From Chiloscyllium plagiosum (taxonomy: Eukaryota), in NCBI RefSeq assembly GCF_004010195.1, contig NC_057719.1, positions 65,219,866-65,272,316 of the forward strand: 52,451 bases of DNA, given 5' to 3'. Positions 1 through 13,090 of the stretch are shown piece by piece. A program made the translations under genes and the position numbers. Every line of letters begins with the position of its first letter. The stretch's first letter is position 1. The notes beneath the pieces were generated by a model, which worked only from the letters and a program-made list of their open reading frames with translations, was not told the DNA's origin and did no database searches.

Positions 1-17
1 GCAGTCCTCACTTTCTC
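1..17 (+). mobile_element. 3' tail tip of a family-A PLE terminal repeat (cut by window edge)
   Basis: gcagtcctcactttctc matches the tail ends at ~8039-8055, ~22097-22113 and ~31528-31544. Confidence 0.7.
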
Positions 18-264
18 TCAATTTTCTGTCATGCCCAGTTTTTCTGGCTATGGGTCAATTTAGATGTCCAATTTTTGGCCTGTGTCACGTGGCCACTTTC
101 GTATTTGTCCAGTTGTATTCAGTGACTTTTCTGCATTCAATTCCCATCCCATCTCTGCAATGTAAACTCCAATTTCCCATTCATCTGCCCATTTATTATT
201 GGATAATCCCCCTTTTTTTTCCATCTATGTGCTTCTCCTTGTGTTGTTATTTAAAAGCATCATA

Positions 265-880
265 TCAGAATCATAGAAGTTTTACAGCACAGGAGGCCAT
301 TCAGCCCACTGTGTCTGTATTCATTCTTCAAATGAGCATTTCATCTAATACTGTTTTTTCTGCCTTCTGACCATGACCCTTGCACCTTCATACTGTTCAA
401 GTAGCCATGGAATTTCCTTTGGAATGCCTTGCTTGAATTCTCAGTCAGTGCATTGCAGACCCGAACCACTCACTACTTTTCAAAATATTACCTCTTAATT
501 TTGCTTCTTTTACTAATTAAGTCTGTGCTCTCTAATTTTCCATCCCTTCGTGAATGACAGCATTTTCTTCCTATTCACTCTGTCTGTGATTTTGAATTAC
601 ATAAAGCAGATCTCCTCTCAGCTTAGTCTTCCTGAAGGAAAACCATTCAGCTTCTCCAATGTAAATTCATAACTGAAATTCCTCTTTCCAGAGAGCAATC
701 CTGTTCTGTACCTTCTCTAATGCTTTCATGGATGCAATATCCAGCAGGGGCCAAACCAGTGTCTTAATATAACTTTAACATAACCTCTTTGCTCTTGTGC
801 TTTATGCCCCTATTAATAAAGCCTAGGATTCATTATGGTTTATGAACTACTCTTTCAACTTTTCTTACCACCTTTACTGA
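265..880 (-). mobile_element. Old degraded CR1-like LINE 3' fragment
   Basis: Starts with the reverse-complement CR1 tail pattern (agaatcatagaa...cagcacaggaggccattcagccc); the rest resembles the other minus-strand CR1 3' ends in this window. Confidence 0.55.
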
Positions 881-889
881 CACATAGTA

Positions 890-1455
890 GGGAGGTTTTG
901 CTAAAGCTGTACAAGACACTAATTAGACCATAGCTGGAATATGGAGAGCAGTTTTAACCAAATGTCGAAGGAAAGGTATACTGACATTGGGGGCAGTTCA
1001 GGCTGATATTGGGTAAGGAAAGACTGACTTATGCAGAGAATTGAGTAGGTTAGGAAATTTGGAAGAAAGAGAGGTGACCTTATTGAAACAAAGAGGACTA
1101 ATAGTCTTAGAGGACTTGACTGGGTAGATGTTGGTAAACTTGTTTCCTATTATGGTAGAGTCTAGGACCACAGGACACAATATAGAGTAAGGGGTTGGAT
1201 ATCTATGACTGAGATAAGGAATTTCTTTTCTCAGAAGATTGTGAATCTGTGGAATTCTTTATTACAGAGGGCTGTCAAGATTGGGTTGTTAAGAATATTC
1301 AAGCCTGAGAGAGAGATTTTTAATCATTAAGGGAATTGGGAATTATGAGGAAAGTGGAGTTGAGGACTATTAGAATAGCCATGATCCCACTGAATGGCAG
1401 CACAGATGCAATGAGCTAAATAGTCTACTTATACTCCTACATCTTACCGTCTTAT
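890..1455 (+). mobile_element. CR1 LINE 3' end (ORF2 C-terminus and 3' UTR), decayed
   Basis: Reads ...KLYKTLIRP*LEY..., then 'agaggtgaccttattgaaac' (RGDLIE), 'aatttcttttctcagaag..gtgaatctgtggaattc' (NFFSQ..VNLWNS) and a CR1-type 3' UTR. Confidence 0.75.
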
Positions 1456-1479
1456 AGGTATGCAGGCCCCTCTGTTGAT

Positions 1480-1810
1480 GGTTAGCACTGTTGCCTCAGA
1501 GCACTAGGGACTGGGTTCAATTCCAGCCTCGGGTGACTGTCTATGTGGAGTTTACACATTCTCCTCTTGCCTGCGTGGGTTTCCTCCGGGTGCCCTGGTT
1601 TCCTCCCACAATCTATGTTTAGGTTAGGTGAATTAGCCATGCTAAATTGCCAGTAATGTTCAGGGATATATAAGTTACGTGGATTAGTTAGGGGTAAATG
1701 CAGAGTAATAGGGTTGGAGAATGAGTCTGGGTGGGTCACTCTTTGGAGTGTCGGTGTGGACTTGTTGGGCCAAATGGCCTGTTTTCACACTGTAGGGATT
1801 CTAAGTTCTA
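1480..1810 (+). mobile_element. HE1-type tRNA-derived shark SINE
   Basis: Head ggttagcactgttgcctcag...gggttcaattcc (A/B-box like), central gtggagtttacacattctcc...ggtttcctcc domain, tail acactgtagggattcta. Confidence 0.85.
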
Positions 1811-2079
1811 AGATGCTTCCTCTTTGGAACTGCATCCTTTATTTCTATTCCTTACCATGTTCCTCCTATCAAAATGTATCACCTCACACATCTTTTCATT
1901 GACCTGTATTGATCTCCATATGTGTCATCAGGTTCCTGCTGCCTGTGAAATACTTGATACAGACACTTCAACAAGCTTGTTAGTCATTAGGTGCTGTTGC
2001 AAGTAATGATTGAGGTTCAAACTTGCATTTTATTAAAACATTCTCAAGTTCTTACACACAAATTAGGTTAACCTTTCCT

Positions 2080-2720
2080 CAAACTAGACTGACTGCCTGA
2101 AAGACGCATATACTACCCGCTCGGGTGAACATAATTGGACTGCTGGATTCAATTGACTGAACTCTGTTGACAGGTGCACTCAGGGTCAACTTGGACCGAA
2201 GGTGAATCTTGCACAGAGTCTTTGCCGGCCGAGTCTTCACTGAGGGTTGGCCACTAGGTGTCTTTCCTAATGTCCCTTTCTGAGCCCTTCTGAAATGTTC
2301 TCTGGCTTCAGCCAAAGTGGTCACATGGCAGCGATCAGAGCACCTAGTAAGGTTAGGCCATGTCATTGTAGTTGCAGCCATCCCCTTTTCAAGATGTGAT
2401 TACTCCGTAGTACTAAGGATTCTGACTAAAATTCTGACTGAGGGGAATATACAAACATAACATCCATCCCTATCGTCCTTGCTGAGTACCTCTTAATGGG
2501 TTTTAGGTCCATAATGGTTCGACTATTGTTTAGGTCAGTCACCTCTGTTCAAGATAGGTTAGGGCTGATCCCTGTTGGCTTTCCACCTGTGATTAACTTG
2601 GCCTCTTTGCATTCCATCAGGCCTTGCTTGCAAAAACTCTTTAGCCAATTTTATTTTTGGCCTAGTTGCTTAGGCCAGTGTCCACTTGGCCACAATCCAC
2701 ATGTATACTGAAAGCACTTG
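2080..2720 (-). mobile_element. Possible LTR-retrotransposon/ERV pol relic (integrase Zn-finger region)
   Basis: Minus-strand translation across frameshifts gives DHFG..RT....IRKDT*WPTLSED...LCARF, resembling the integrase H..G..T....WWP.L..D...CxxC pattern; heavily decayed. Confidence 0.3.
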
Positions 2721-3204
2721 ACATCACTTTATCATCATGCCTCTTGATACATCAACCACAAAAAAAGATTTCGAATCTGCTAATATTCTACTATTTCAAC
2801 AATTACCAAAATTACGCCCAGTAGGTTAGATATTTTATTTTGTCTTTACCACTTTTATATTAACTTACCAGCTCATTAGTCAGAAGTGCAAAGCATCTTT
2901 TGATTGAATATTTTTCCCACTTCTTGACAACGTAGTGAGAGCCAAACTACTGAGTCACTGACTAGGCACTTTGGATTATTTTGCTTGTACCTTAGTTAAG
3001 TTGATGGAGGGGTAAAGCAGAAAAGTCATTCCTTCTAACTCTTTGTTGTGGTGCCTGCAGGATCTTTAAAAATAACATTTTAAAAATATATTTGAAAAGA
3101 ATTCCACACATTTGGACAGTCTGAAATAAAACAGAAAAAAAAGGCTTGTGGTGCGACATCAGTTAATGAGAGACAAAGACTGTTTTTACTTTCCAGTTAC
3201 AAAC

Positions 3205-3395
3205 AGACAAACAAGGAACAGGAGTAGGCCACTTGGTCCTTTGAGTATGCTCCACCATTCAAAAAGATCATGCCTGATCTGGTTTTATGCTCAACTCTGC
3301 ATTCCTGTTTATCCCAATAACCTGTCATCCCTGTGGTAATCAAAAATCTATCTACCCCTACCTTACAAATATGTGAAGATCCTGCTTCTGTGGAA
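3205..3395 (-). mobile_element. CR1 LINE 3' UTR fragment
   Basis: aggaacaggagtaggccacttgg...ccaccattcaa..agatcatgcctgatct is the reverse complement of a CR1 3' end. Confidence 0.7.
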
Positions 3396-4384
3396 GTTGG
3401 GCTCTCAACTTCAGCGAACACAAATTTCAGTTCAAAAGCTTTATTTCTGGATAGTCAGAGAGACATTCTAGGTGACAACAAAGGAGTTTCATAGCCTTCT
3501 TGTGGTGGCACCCCTCAGTGAATCTCTGCTTGATACATGCAAGCAGTTTATTTTATAGGAATAATACAGAGGTCTACATTGTCTAAGATAGATAATTGCA
3601 ATTTTACAATGCCCGGTGATTGCTGACTTCTTGTGACAAATAGCGAATGGTTTTCAGGAACTGGTTATTGTTTTCTTCATAATAATATGTTGATGCATAG
3701 GGATTTTGACAGAAGAACTTAGCTCTGTTCTCATTGTTAGATTCACATGCCCATGTTAGTAGGTAGGGGAAGAATGATAATGGGAACAGGAGGTAATTAA
3801 TAAGGTTATGGCCAAGGCTATCGTGTTGTCCAGGGAGGACAAACACCTTTGCCTGAGGCTGGAAGTGAAATCCACATGTATAGCTCCAGAGGATTGATGT
3901 CCGGTCTCATTCTGTAAGAGAACAAGCAAGCAATTGGTACTGCAGTGCGTCCTTTTAGTAGTGGGATTTTTAACCTTTGAGTCCCTAATATGTTATGATA
4001 AAGAAGTAAAAATGGAACTTATTCTTTTGTTGCTTTCTAACTTCCTCACTTCCAGCTTTTCAGGTGATTTATCTGCCACAGAGGTTCAATTTTCTGAATT
4101 CAAGATACAAATTTCAAATCAAGCATGCAGGTCACTGTGCTTCTGACTGAGAGCCTGAATGAATTCTACCAGAACCTCGTGAAATATTTAGAAACACAGG
4201 TGGAGTTCAATTCTTTGATTCTGCTGTGCAATTCACTTAGATCCTGGCTAACCAGATCTCAATTTAGATTGCATGTGAATGGAGTTCAGCTTCACTTGCA
4301 CTGACATTTACTCCAGTTAACTACCTATCATTTACAAACTCAATAATTACACTTAGGTTTAATACCACATGGCAGTTGACTGAG

Positions 4385-6860
4385 AACATAGAACATAGAA
4401 CTTTACAGCGCAGTACAGACCCTTCGGCACTCGATGTTGCACTGACCAATGAAAATAATCTGATGCCCATCTAACCTACACCGTTCCATTATTATCCATA
4501 TGTATATCCAATGCCCTTAATGTTGGTCAGTCTACTACTGTTGCAGGCAGGCCGTTCCATGACCCTACTACTCTCTGAGTGAAGAAGCTACACCTAATAT
4601 CCGTCCTAAATCTATCACCCCTCAATTTAAAGCTATGTCTCCTTGTGTTAGCCTTCACCATCTGAAGAAAAAGGCTTTCACTGTCCACCCTATCTAACCC
4701 TCTGATTATCTTAAATGTCTGGATTAAATCACCTCTCAACTATCTTCTCTCCAACGAAAACAGCCTCAGTTCCCTCAGCCTTTCCTCGTAAGACTTCCCT
4801 TCCATACCAGGCAACATCTTTGTAAATCCCCTCTGAACCTTTTCCAAAGCTTCCACATCCTTTCTATAATCTGGTGACCAGAACTGCACGCAATACTCCA
4901 GGTGCAGTCTTACCAGTGTTTTGTACAGCCGAAGCATGACCTTGTGGCTCCAAAACTCAATCCCCCTACCAATAAATGCCAACACACCATATGCCTTAAC
5001 AACACTATCAACCTGGGTGCCAACTTTCAGGGATTTATACACCTGGACGCTGAGATATCTCTATTCATCTACATGCCAAGAATTTTACCATTAGCCTAGT
5101 ACTCTGCATTACTGTTATATCTTCTGAAGTGAACTACCTCATACTTTCTGCATTAGACTTCATTTGCCACTTCTCTGCCCAGCTCTGCATCTTATCTATG
5201 TCCTTCTGTAACCCACAACATCCTATGGAATTAGCTATAACTCTGCCTATCTTAGTGTCATCTGCAAATTTTCTAACCCATCCTTTACGCCCACATCCAG
5301 ATCATTGATTAAAATGACAAACAACAGTGGGCCTAAAGCAGATCCTTGTGGCACACCACTGGTAACTGAGCTCGAGAATGAACATTTTCCATCAACCAAC
5401 ACCATCTGTCTTCTTTCAGCTAGCCAATTTCTGATCCGAACTGTTAAATCACCTTCAATCCCAAAACTGTGTATTTTGTGCAATAGCCTACCGTGTGGAA
5501 CCTTATCAAATGCCTTACTGAAGTCCATTTTTACCACATCAATCGCTTTACCTTCATCCACCTGTTTTGTCACCTTCTCAAAAAGCTCAGTAAGGTTAGT
5601 GAGGCACGACCCACCTTTCACAAAACCATGTTGACTATGCCTAATCAAATTATTTCTTTCCAGATGATTATAATCCTATCTCTTAATAACCTTTTCCAAC
5701 ACCTTACCCACAACTGAAGTAAAGCTCACTGGTCTATAATTACCAGATTGAGCTGACTCCCCTTCTTGAACAAGGGGACAACATTTGCTATCCTCCAGTC
5801 TTCTGGCACTACTCTTGTCGATAATGATGACATAAAGATTGAAGCCAAAGGCTCTGCAAAATTCTCCTCCCTGGCTTCCCAGAGAATCTGAGGATAAATC
5901 CCATTCAGACCTTGGGGTCTTATCTATTTTCAGATCTTCCAAAATTGCTAAAACCTCCTCTTTGTCAACCTTAATCCCATCTTATCTTGTAGCCTGGATT
6001 TCTGTATTCTCACTAACATTGCCCTTTTCCAATGTGAATACTGACAAAAAGTATTCATTAAGTGCTTCCTCTACATCCTCAGATTCCACACACAACTTCC
6101 CACTACTGTCTTTGATTGGCCCTAATAGTCGTTATTTTATTCCTGACATATCTGTAAGGCCTTAGGCTTTCCATTGATACTATTCTCCAACAACTTCTCA
6201 TGTCCCCTCTGGATCTTCGTAGCCCTCTCTATAGACGTTTTCTGGCTAACATATAACATTCAAGCCCACCATCTGAGCCTTCACGCCTCATCCTTACATA
6301 AGCCTTCTTCTTCCTCTGGACAAGAGCTTCAACTTCTTTAATAAACCATGGCTCCTTCTCTCGACAACTACCTCCCTGCCTGATAAGTATATACTTATCA
6401 AGGACCCGCAGTAGCTGTTTCTTGAATGAGCTCTACATTTCAAGTGTGCCCATCCCCTACAGTTTCCTTCCCCATTCTATGCATCCTTAACCTTGCCTAA
6501 TCACATCATAATTGCCTTTCCACCAGTTATACCTCTTTCCCTGTGGTATATACCTATACCTGCCCATTGCTGTTGTAAATGTAACCAAATTATGGTCACT
6601 ATCGCCATAGTGCTCGCATATCTCCAAATCTAACACCTAGCCAGGTTCATTCCCCACTACCAAATCCAATATGGCATCGTCTCATGTTGGCCTGTCTGCA
6701 TACTATGTCAGAAAACCCTCCTGCACACATTGAACAAAAACTGACCCATCTAATCTAATCTAATCTCTGATCTAAACTACTTGAACTATAGTATTCCCAG
6801 TCAATACTGGAGAAGTTGAAAACATAAAAACTATCCTGTTACTCTCGCTCCTAACAAGAG
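4385..6860 (-). mobile_element. 5'-truncated CR1 LINE, ORF2 reverse transcriptase pseudogene
   Basis: ORF fragments QHGFVKGGSCLTNL, MDFSKAFDKVPH, SGVPQGSALGPLLF, NYRPVSFTSVVGK, LEYCVQFWSP, RGDLIQTFK; (gaacata)n tail at ~4385. Confidence 0.95.
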
Positions 6861-7771
6861 TAACTAAACTCCAGATACCCTACAATATATTACAACAATT
6901 ATTTTGATAACACAAATGTGTTCAGTAACATAGAAAATACTTAACTTCGAAGTTATCAAATATTTTGTTCGCTTCATGGTTATTTAAATTGCGACGTAAT
7001 CAGCAAAAGACTTTGTGATGATGGTGGGACTTCCTCTGGCATGTCTTACTGGAGGTTATCTGGTGTTTCTTGGCTACAAGTTAACTTATTATACTTCCAG
7101 TAAACACATGAAACAGCAAATGAAATTGGAATGTTCAGTGGTCAGAACATTTCCATAATTAAAGGGAATAGCAAAGTTCAGGGCACATTTACTGTAAGTG
7201 GCTGTATGTTGGTTACAAACTGAACATTATTTAGATGCTAACGTTATTCATCACTAGCCTACATTGTATTATAAGGGGGGGTGCTTAGTTTTTCCAACAG
7301 TCTATAATTAGTTTCCAGCTGGAAGGCATTGTTTTAAGGAATTGAAACTAAATATTACATTTATATTAGAGATAATAATGCAGTAACTCACTAATCATTT
7401 TCTAATCACTCATTGTTAAAAGCAAATTTGACATGATTAGGTTTTTAATGTTAAACTTGTATGATTTTGAAGATGCAATTTTAGATGATTCCTGTTGATT
7501 GTTGTAATATAAATTAAGATTTTGTAAAATCCTAACTTTTCTTGTAAATGGGCTTTCTATTTCTCTTGGGTCTTTATCACAGTGCCAGCTGGGAAGAGTG
7601 AGCTTTCCTTAATATAGCACTTCCCATGTCTTTAGAACCCCGCAAAATGTCTTATTGCTAATTAATTACTTTTTCAAAGTATGGTCACAGTTATCAACTT
7701 AACCCTACCATGAACTTGGTGCAAGTGACTATATTGTCATCAAATTGACATTCCACACCAAGCAGAGTTTA

Positions 7772-8057
7772 AAATGTGTTGCTGGAAAAGTGCAGCAGAC
7801 CAGGCAGCATCCAAGGAACAGGAGAATCGACGTTTCGGACATAAACCTGAAGACNNNNNNNNNNNNNNNNNNNNNNNNNNNNNNNNNTCCACACCAAGCA
7901 GAGTTTAAAATGTGTTGCTGGAAAAGTGCAGCAGAAGAAGGGCTTATGCCCGAAACGTCGATTCTCCTGTTCCTTGGATGCTGCCTGACCTGCTGCGCTT
8001 TTCCAGCAACACATTTTCAGCTCTGATCTCCAGCATCTGCAGTCCTCACTTTCTCCT
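7772..8057. mobile_element. Family-A fold-back mini-PLE with HHR (assembly gap inside)
   Basis: Inverted arms; 14-bp TSD ccaagcagagttta at 7758-7771 and 8058-8071; HHR-like core at 7932-7959. Confidence 0.85.
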
Positions 8058-9334
8058 CCAAGCAGAGTTTAGGTCATAATGGAAATAGTTCATCCTTACC
8101 TCATCTTTACAGACTCCTCATTGCTTTGAATACATTTATGAAATCTCTTAAAGTTTTCCAAAAAAAAAACAATTCCACCCTCTTCAGTCTATTTAACCAA
8201 AATTACTCATCATTTCAGCTGTTTTTATTGCTTTGTTATTTCTCTGCACTGTCACCAGACATCAGGTAGTTTATAATCACCGGTAGTTCCTTCTATTTTC
8301 CGTTTCTCTCCTTTCCTTTTATCTGCTGACTTTCTTGATGGCAATGTTTTCGTTTGCTGTTGCTTTACCTGTTGTTTTATTTTTGCTTTGTCTCACCATC
8401 TGTAGTCACTGTTCGTGGTTATTGTTTATTTATGTCTGGGATTGTGGTTGATAGAGATTGAAGAGCCCTCGTTATCAGTAAATGTTATTTTTTACTGAAG
8501 GCTATCTTCTGACTAAACATGGAACATCACTTTACAAAAGATGTCTCCATAGGACTATCTCTCGGTAGTTTTGGTAGCATGTGATCTCACATCACTGACG
8601 TAGGCGTTTTACATATTAACATTAACCCATTGCACTACCATTCCGCCTCAACTCTGCCAATCTCTCATTGGTGAAATCTCTTGATGTTAAACATAATTCC
8701 AAATTTAAAAGCACCAGTAAACTGCAATATAGATCTAAAGAAAAAAGTCAACTCATGACATGAGTAAGATAGGCATACATTGCAAGGACCAAATAGATAT
8801 GAAGATATTTAACATGCTGTTAAAAATGCAAAGTCCTTCAAGTGTTTTTATTTAAATGACTTTGATGGAGCTACAATTTAAGTAGTATATCTTGGAATGA
8901 TTCTCATTGTACATGTCTGCTTCACAACAATAGCATCACCACTACCTGTGGGGAATGTTGATAATTGCAGTTATAGGAGGAGTAACATTTGTGTCTGTTT
9001 TACTTTGAAGATTGATACATCAAAATTTGCTGCACTTTTAAAGTGAGAAGTCTTTGGAGTAATTTTGAATCTATAGTCCCAGTAGTAATCTGCCAGAATG
9101 GCAGCTGGGTGAAGATCAAATGGATTTTATGGTGAGTACCTCTGTTACATTGTGCCCAGAAAGTGAAGGTAACAGTGCTGCCATTGTTATTCTGTTGTCA
9201 ATGCTAATAATAAACACTTGCTATATCGGAATAACAATTGATTTGAAGTACCTTATCTTCAAAGATACAAGACATTAAACAAGCCATGGTTAGATTACAT
9301 TAGCTTTAGATACCATTATTATCAGAAGGACATT

Positions 9335-9572
9335 TTAGATTAGATTCCCTGCAATATGGAAACAGGCCCTTCAGCCCAACAAATCCACACTGACCCTCCG
9401 AAGAGCAACCCACCCAGACCCATTCCCCCACCCTACATTTACCCCTGACACTATGGGCAATTCAGCACGGTCAACCCACCCAACCTGCACATCCCTGGAC
9501 TGCGGGAGGAAACCAGAGCACCCAGAGAAAACTCATGCAGACACGGGGACAATGTGCAAACTCCACACAGCC
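9335..9572 (-). mobile_element. HE1-type SINE, 5'-truncated
   Basis: (ttaga)n tail, ggaaacaggcccttcagcccaac, aatgtgcaaactccacacag. Confidence 0.85.
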
Positions 9573-9849
9573 AGGTAATTATCCAATTCCTTTTTGAAAG
9601 TTAAAACTGAATCAGCCTCCACCAAACCCCCCAGACAGTGCCATTCTGGTCCAACTACTCACTGAATTAAAGATGTTTTTCCTCCTGTCGTCATTAATTC
9701 TTTCGTCAACCACGTTTATGTGGTGTTTGGCAAGAGGGAAGACTTTGTATTCTTTGCTATCTCATTGTACATGATGATTGCTTTGAGGTACGGCAAGCTG
9801 AAACTTTTAGAGAGTCCAGACATTACACTCAAAACAACTTTCAGAACTG

Positions 9850-10070
9850 CTCAGAATCATTTAATTGTTACAGTGCAAAAAGAGGCCATTTAGCCCATTG
9901 TGTCCGTCTAGATCTCTGGGCATTTTAATTTAATGCAATCTCTTCCCTTTTCCCTGTAACCCTTCATGTTATTTAAATGGAAACAATCACCCATTACCTT
10001 CTTGAACATCTCAATTGAACCTGCCTCCACCACAGTGAGGTGGAGCATTCCAGCCCCCACACCCAGCAAA
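9850..10070 (-). mobile_element. CR1 3' end fragment
   Basis: gaggccatttagcccattg...attgaacctgcctccacc; ORF text VVEAGSIEMFKK. Confidence 0.65.
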
Positions 10071-10554
10071 ACAAAACACAAATGTATGGTTGTCCCCAGT
10101 GCTAACATCACTCATTATAAAGAATCCATAAATTAACTATAAAATGCAGTGAGTGCACTAGCACAAGTGTGCATATAGAAGATTTTTCCAACGCAGCTGC
10201 ACAGGAGTACCATTTATTGTTTCAAATCAGTGCACAAGGGCCTATCTTCTGTTAAACCTGTTTTGCTGAGCAGTATGAACAGGCAGAAAAATCCATCTGA
10301 TAATTTGAGACTCCAAAGGCAGTCTTGCCAATTTTGTTTCGTATTGCAGCAGTGTCTATGTGGGTAAAATGTTTTTGAAGGAAGTACAGCAATTGGAGTT
10401 AATAAAGACACTAGACTAAGCATGTGTGCTGGCGTTATCCAGTTCTACTTCACTATCAACTCTGTTATTACCTTTGGTTTGTCATGGTGTTTCTTTGATA
10501 TCTGGTGGAAATAGCATATCGTTGCAGCAGATGGGTGTTTCAGGGCAAACATGA

Positions 10555-10960
10555 ATTACAATGTCTTTATAGCAACCTTTGATGTCATACATAACAAGCG
10601 AAAGCGTTATAAGACAAAGCTTGACACTGAGGTAAAAAAGGGGTATTACAGCCGCTAATAACCAACAGATTGTATTTAAAAGCTTGGTTCATGCAGTACA
10701 TTTTAAAGAAGAGAAATAGGTGAAGAGGCTGAGATGTTTGAGGAAAGAGTTCCAGAGTTCGTAGCTTTTGAAGTCCGTGTCCACCTCATTAATGGCATTA
10801 CTCTCATCAACCCTCCTTGTTACCTCTTCAAAAAACTTCAAGTTATTTACACAAACACAATTTGCCCTTTACAAATCTGTGGTGACTTTCTTTAATTAGC
10901 CCATATTTATCAAAGTGATTATAAATAAACTGATTAAGAATTAATTATGAATTTAAATGG
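10555..10960 (-). mobile_element. Degraded LINE fragments (L2-like and CR1-like)
   Basis: aaagcttggttc..cattttaaagaagag..gaggctgag pattern is shared with 24670-24730; followed by CR1-like gttacctcttcaaaaaac. Confidence 0.4.
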
Positions 10961-11009
10961 ATTGTCCCATAGCTTCTGAACTTTTTGAACAAAGGTTTAA
11001 TATTCTCAT

Positions 11010-11517
11010 TACAGTGCAATAAAGGCCCTTTGGCCCTTGATGTTGCGTCAGCCTGTGAAACCAATCTGAAGCTCATCTAACCTACACTATTCCATTATCA
11101 TCCATATGATTATTCAATGACCATTTAAATACCCTTAATGTTAGTGAGTCTATTACTGTTGCAGGCAGGGCGTTCTACACCCTTTCTATTGTCTGAGTAA
11201 AGAACCTATTTCTGACATCTGTCCTATATCTATCATCCCTCAATTTAAAGCTATGTCCCCTCGTGCTAGCCATCACCATCCAAGGAAAAAAGCTCTCACT
11301 GTCCACTCTATCTAATCCTGTGATCATCTTGCAGTAATTAAGTCACCTCTCAACCTTCTCTCTAACAAAAACAGTCCCTCAGCCTTTCCTCGTAAGACCT
11401 TCCCTCCATACCAGGCAACATCCTGGTAAACCTCCTCTGCACTCTTTCCACTGCTTCCACATCCTTCTTATAATGCGTCAACCAGAACTGTACACAATAC
11501 TCCAAGTGCAGCCGCCT
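11010..11517 (-). mobile_element. CR1 LINE 3' fragment
   Basis: Closely similar to 4405-4905 (same subfamily). Confidence 0.9.
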
Positions 11518-11624
11518 CAGATAGGTTCATGGGGCTGCTGCCAGGTATGAGAAATTGTAAAAAAAATAGTCCTGAGATATAGTGACTGCTTGCATTGGAC
11601 CAGAATAGGTCAATGGAAATTAGG

Positions 11625-13090
11625 ATCATAGGGTCATAGAGATGAATAGGATGGAAACAGCCTCTTCGGTCCAAATTGTCCATGCCTAACAGATATCTCA
11701 ACCTAATCTAGTCCCACTTGCCAGCACCTGGCCCATATCCCTCCAAACCCTTCCTGTTCATATACCCATCCAAATGCCTTTTAATTGTTGCAATCGTACC
11801 AGCCTCCACCACATCCTCTGGGAGCTCATTCCATACACGCACCACTCTCTGCATGAAAAAGTTGCCCCTTAGGTCTCTTTTATATCTTTCCCCTCTCACC
11901 CTAAACTTATGCTCTCTAGTTGTAAGTTTTTTCTGAATCTTTTCCAGTTTCACAACATCCTTCCCAAGGGAGAGAGATTAGAACTGTGCACAATATTCCA
12001 AAAGTGGCCTAATCAATGTCCTGTACAGCTGCAACGTGACCACCTAACACCTGTACTAAATGCTCTGACCAAGAAAAGAAAGCATACCAAATGCCTTCTT
12101 CACTATCCTATCTACCTGAGACTCTACTTTCAAGGAGCTACGACCTGCACTCTAAGGGCTCTTTGTTCAGCAACAGTCCCCAGGACCTTACCATTAACCG
12201 TATACGTCCTGCCAAGATTTTTCTTTCAAAATGCAGCACCTCATATTTGTATAAATTAAACTCCATCTGCCACTCCTCAGCCCATTTGCCTGTCTGATCA
12301 AGATACTGTTTTACTCTAAAGTAACCTTCTTTACTGTCCACTATATCTCTAATTTTGGTGTCATCTACAAACTTACTAACCATACCTCCTATGTTCACAT
12401 CCAAATCATTTATATAAATGACGAAAAGCAGTAGACTCAGCATCGATCCTTGTGGCACTCCACTGGTCACAGGCCTCCAGTCTGAAAAAACAACCCTCCA
12501 ACACCACTCTCTGTCTTCTACCTTTGAGCCAGTTCGGTTCTCCCTGTATTCCATCTGATCTTACCTTTCTAACCGTCTACCATGAGGAACATATATGGAC
12601 GCCTTATTGAAGCTCATATAGATCACGTCCACCGCTCTGCTCTCATTAATTCTCTTCGTTACTTCTTCAAAGAACTCAAAATTAGACATGATTTCCCATG
12701 TACAAAGCCATGTTGACTATCCCTAATCAGTCCTTGCCTTTCCAAATACAGGTAAGTCCTGCCCCTCAGGACTCCTTCCAACAACTTGCCCACCACCGAT
12801 GTCAGACTCACCGGTCTATAGTTCCCGGGCTTTACCTTGCCACCTTTATTAAATAGTGGGACTATGTTAGCCAACTTCAGTGTTCTGGCACCTCACCTGT
12901 GACTATCAATGATCCAAATATCTAAGCAAGGGGCCCAGCAATCAGTTCCCTAGCTTCCCACAGAGCTCTCGGGCACACCTGATCAGGTCCTGGGGATTTA
13001 TCCACTTTAATGCATTTCAAGACATTCAGCACCTCCTCTTGTATAATATGGATATTTTTCAAGATGTCACAATCTATTTCCCCCACGTTC
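11625..13090 (-). mobile_element. CR1 LINE ORF2 RT fragment with internal deletion
   Basis: ORF fragments SGVPQGSML, SKFVDDTK, NYRPVSLTSVVGK, KSPGPDQ, RGNFFMQRVVRVWNELP; (tcatag)n tail. Confidence 0.95.

Noticed and set aside
1480..1535. tRNA-like A/B boxes here and at other SINE heads
   Set aside because: They belong to SINE heads and lack a full cloverleaf, so they are not tRNA genes.
7752..7935. 48-bp direct repeat on both sides of the N-gap
   Set aside because: Identical sequence flanking a gap inside a palindrome is most likely an assembly overlap, not a real duplication.
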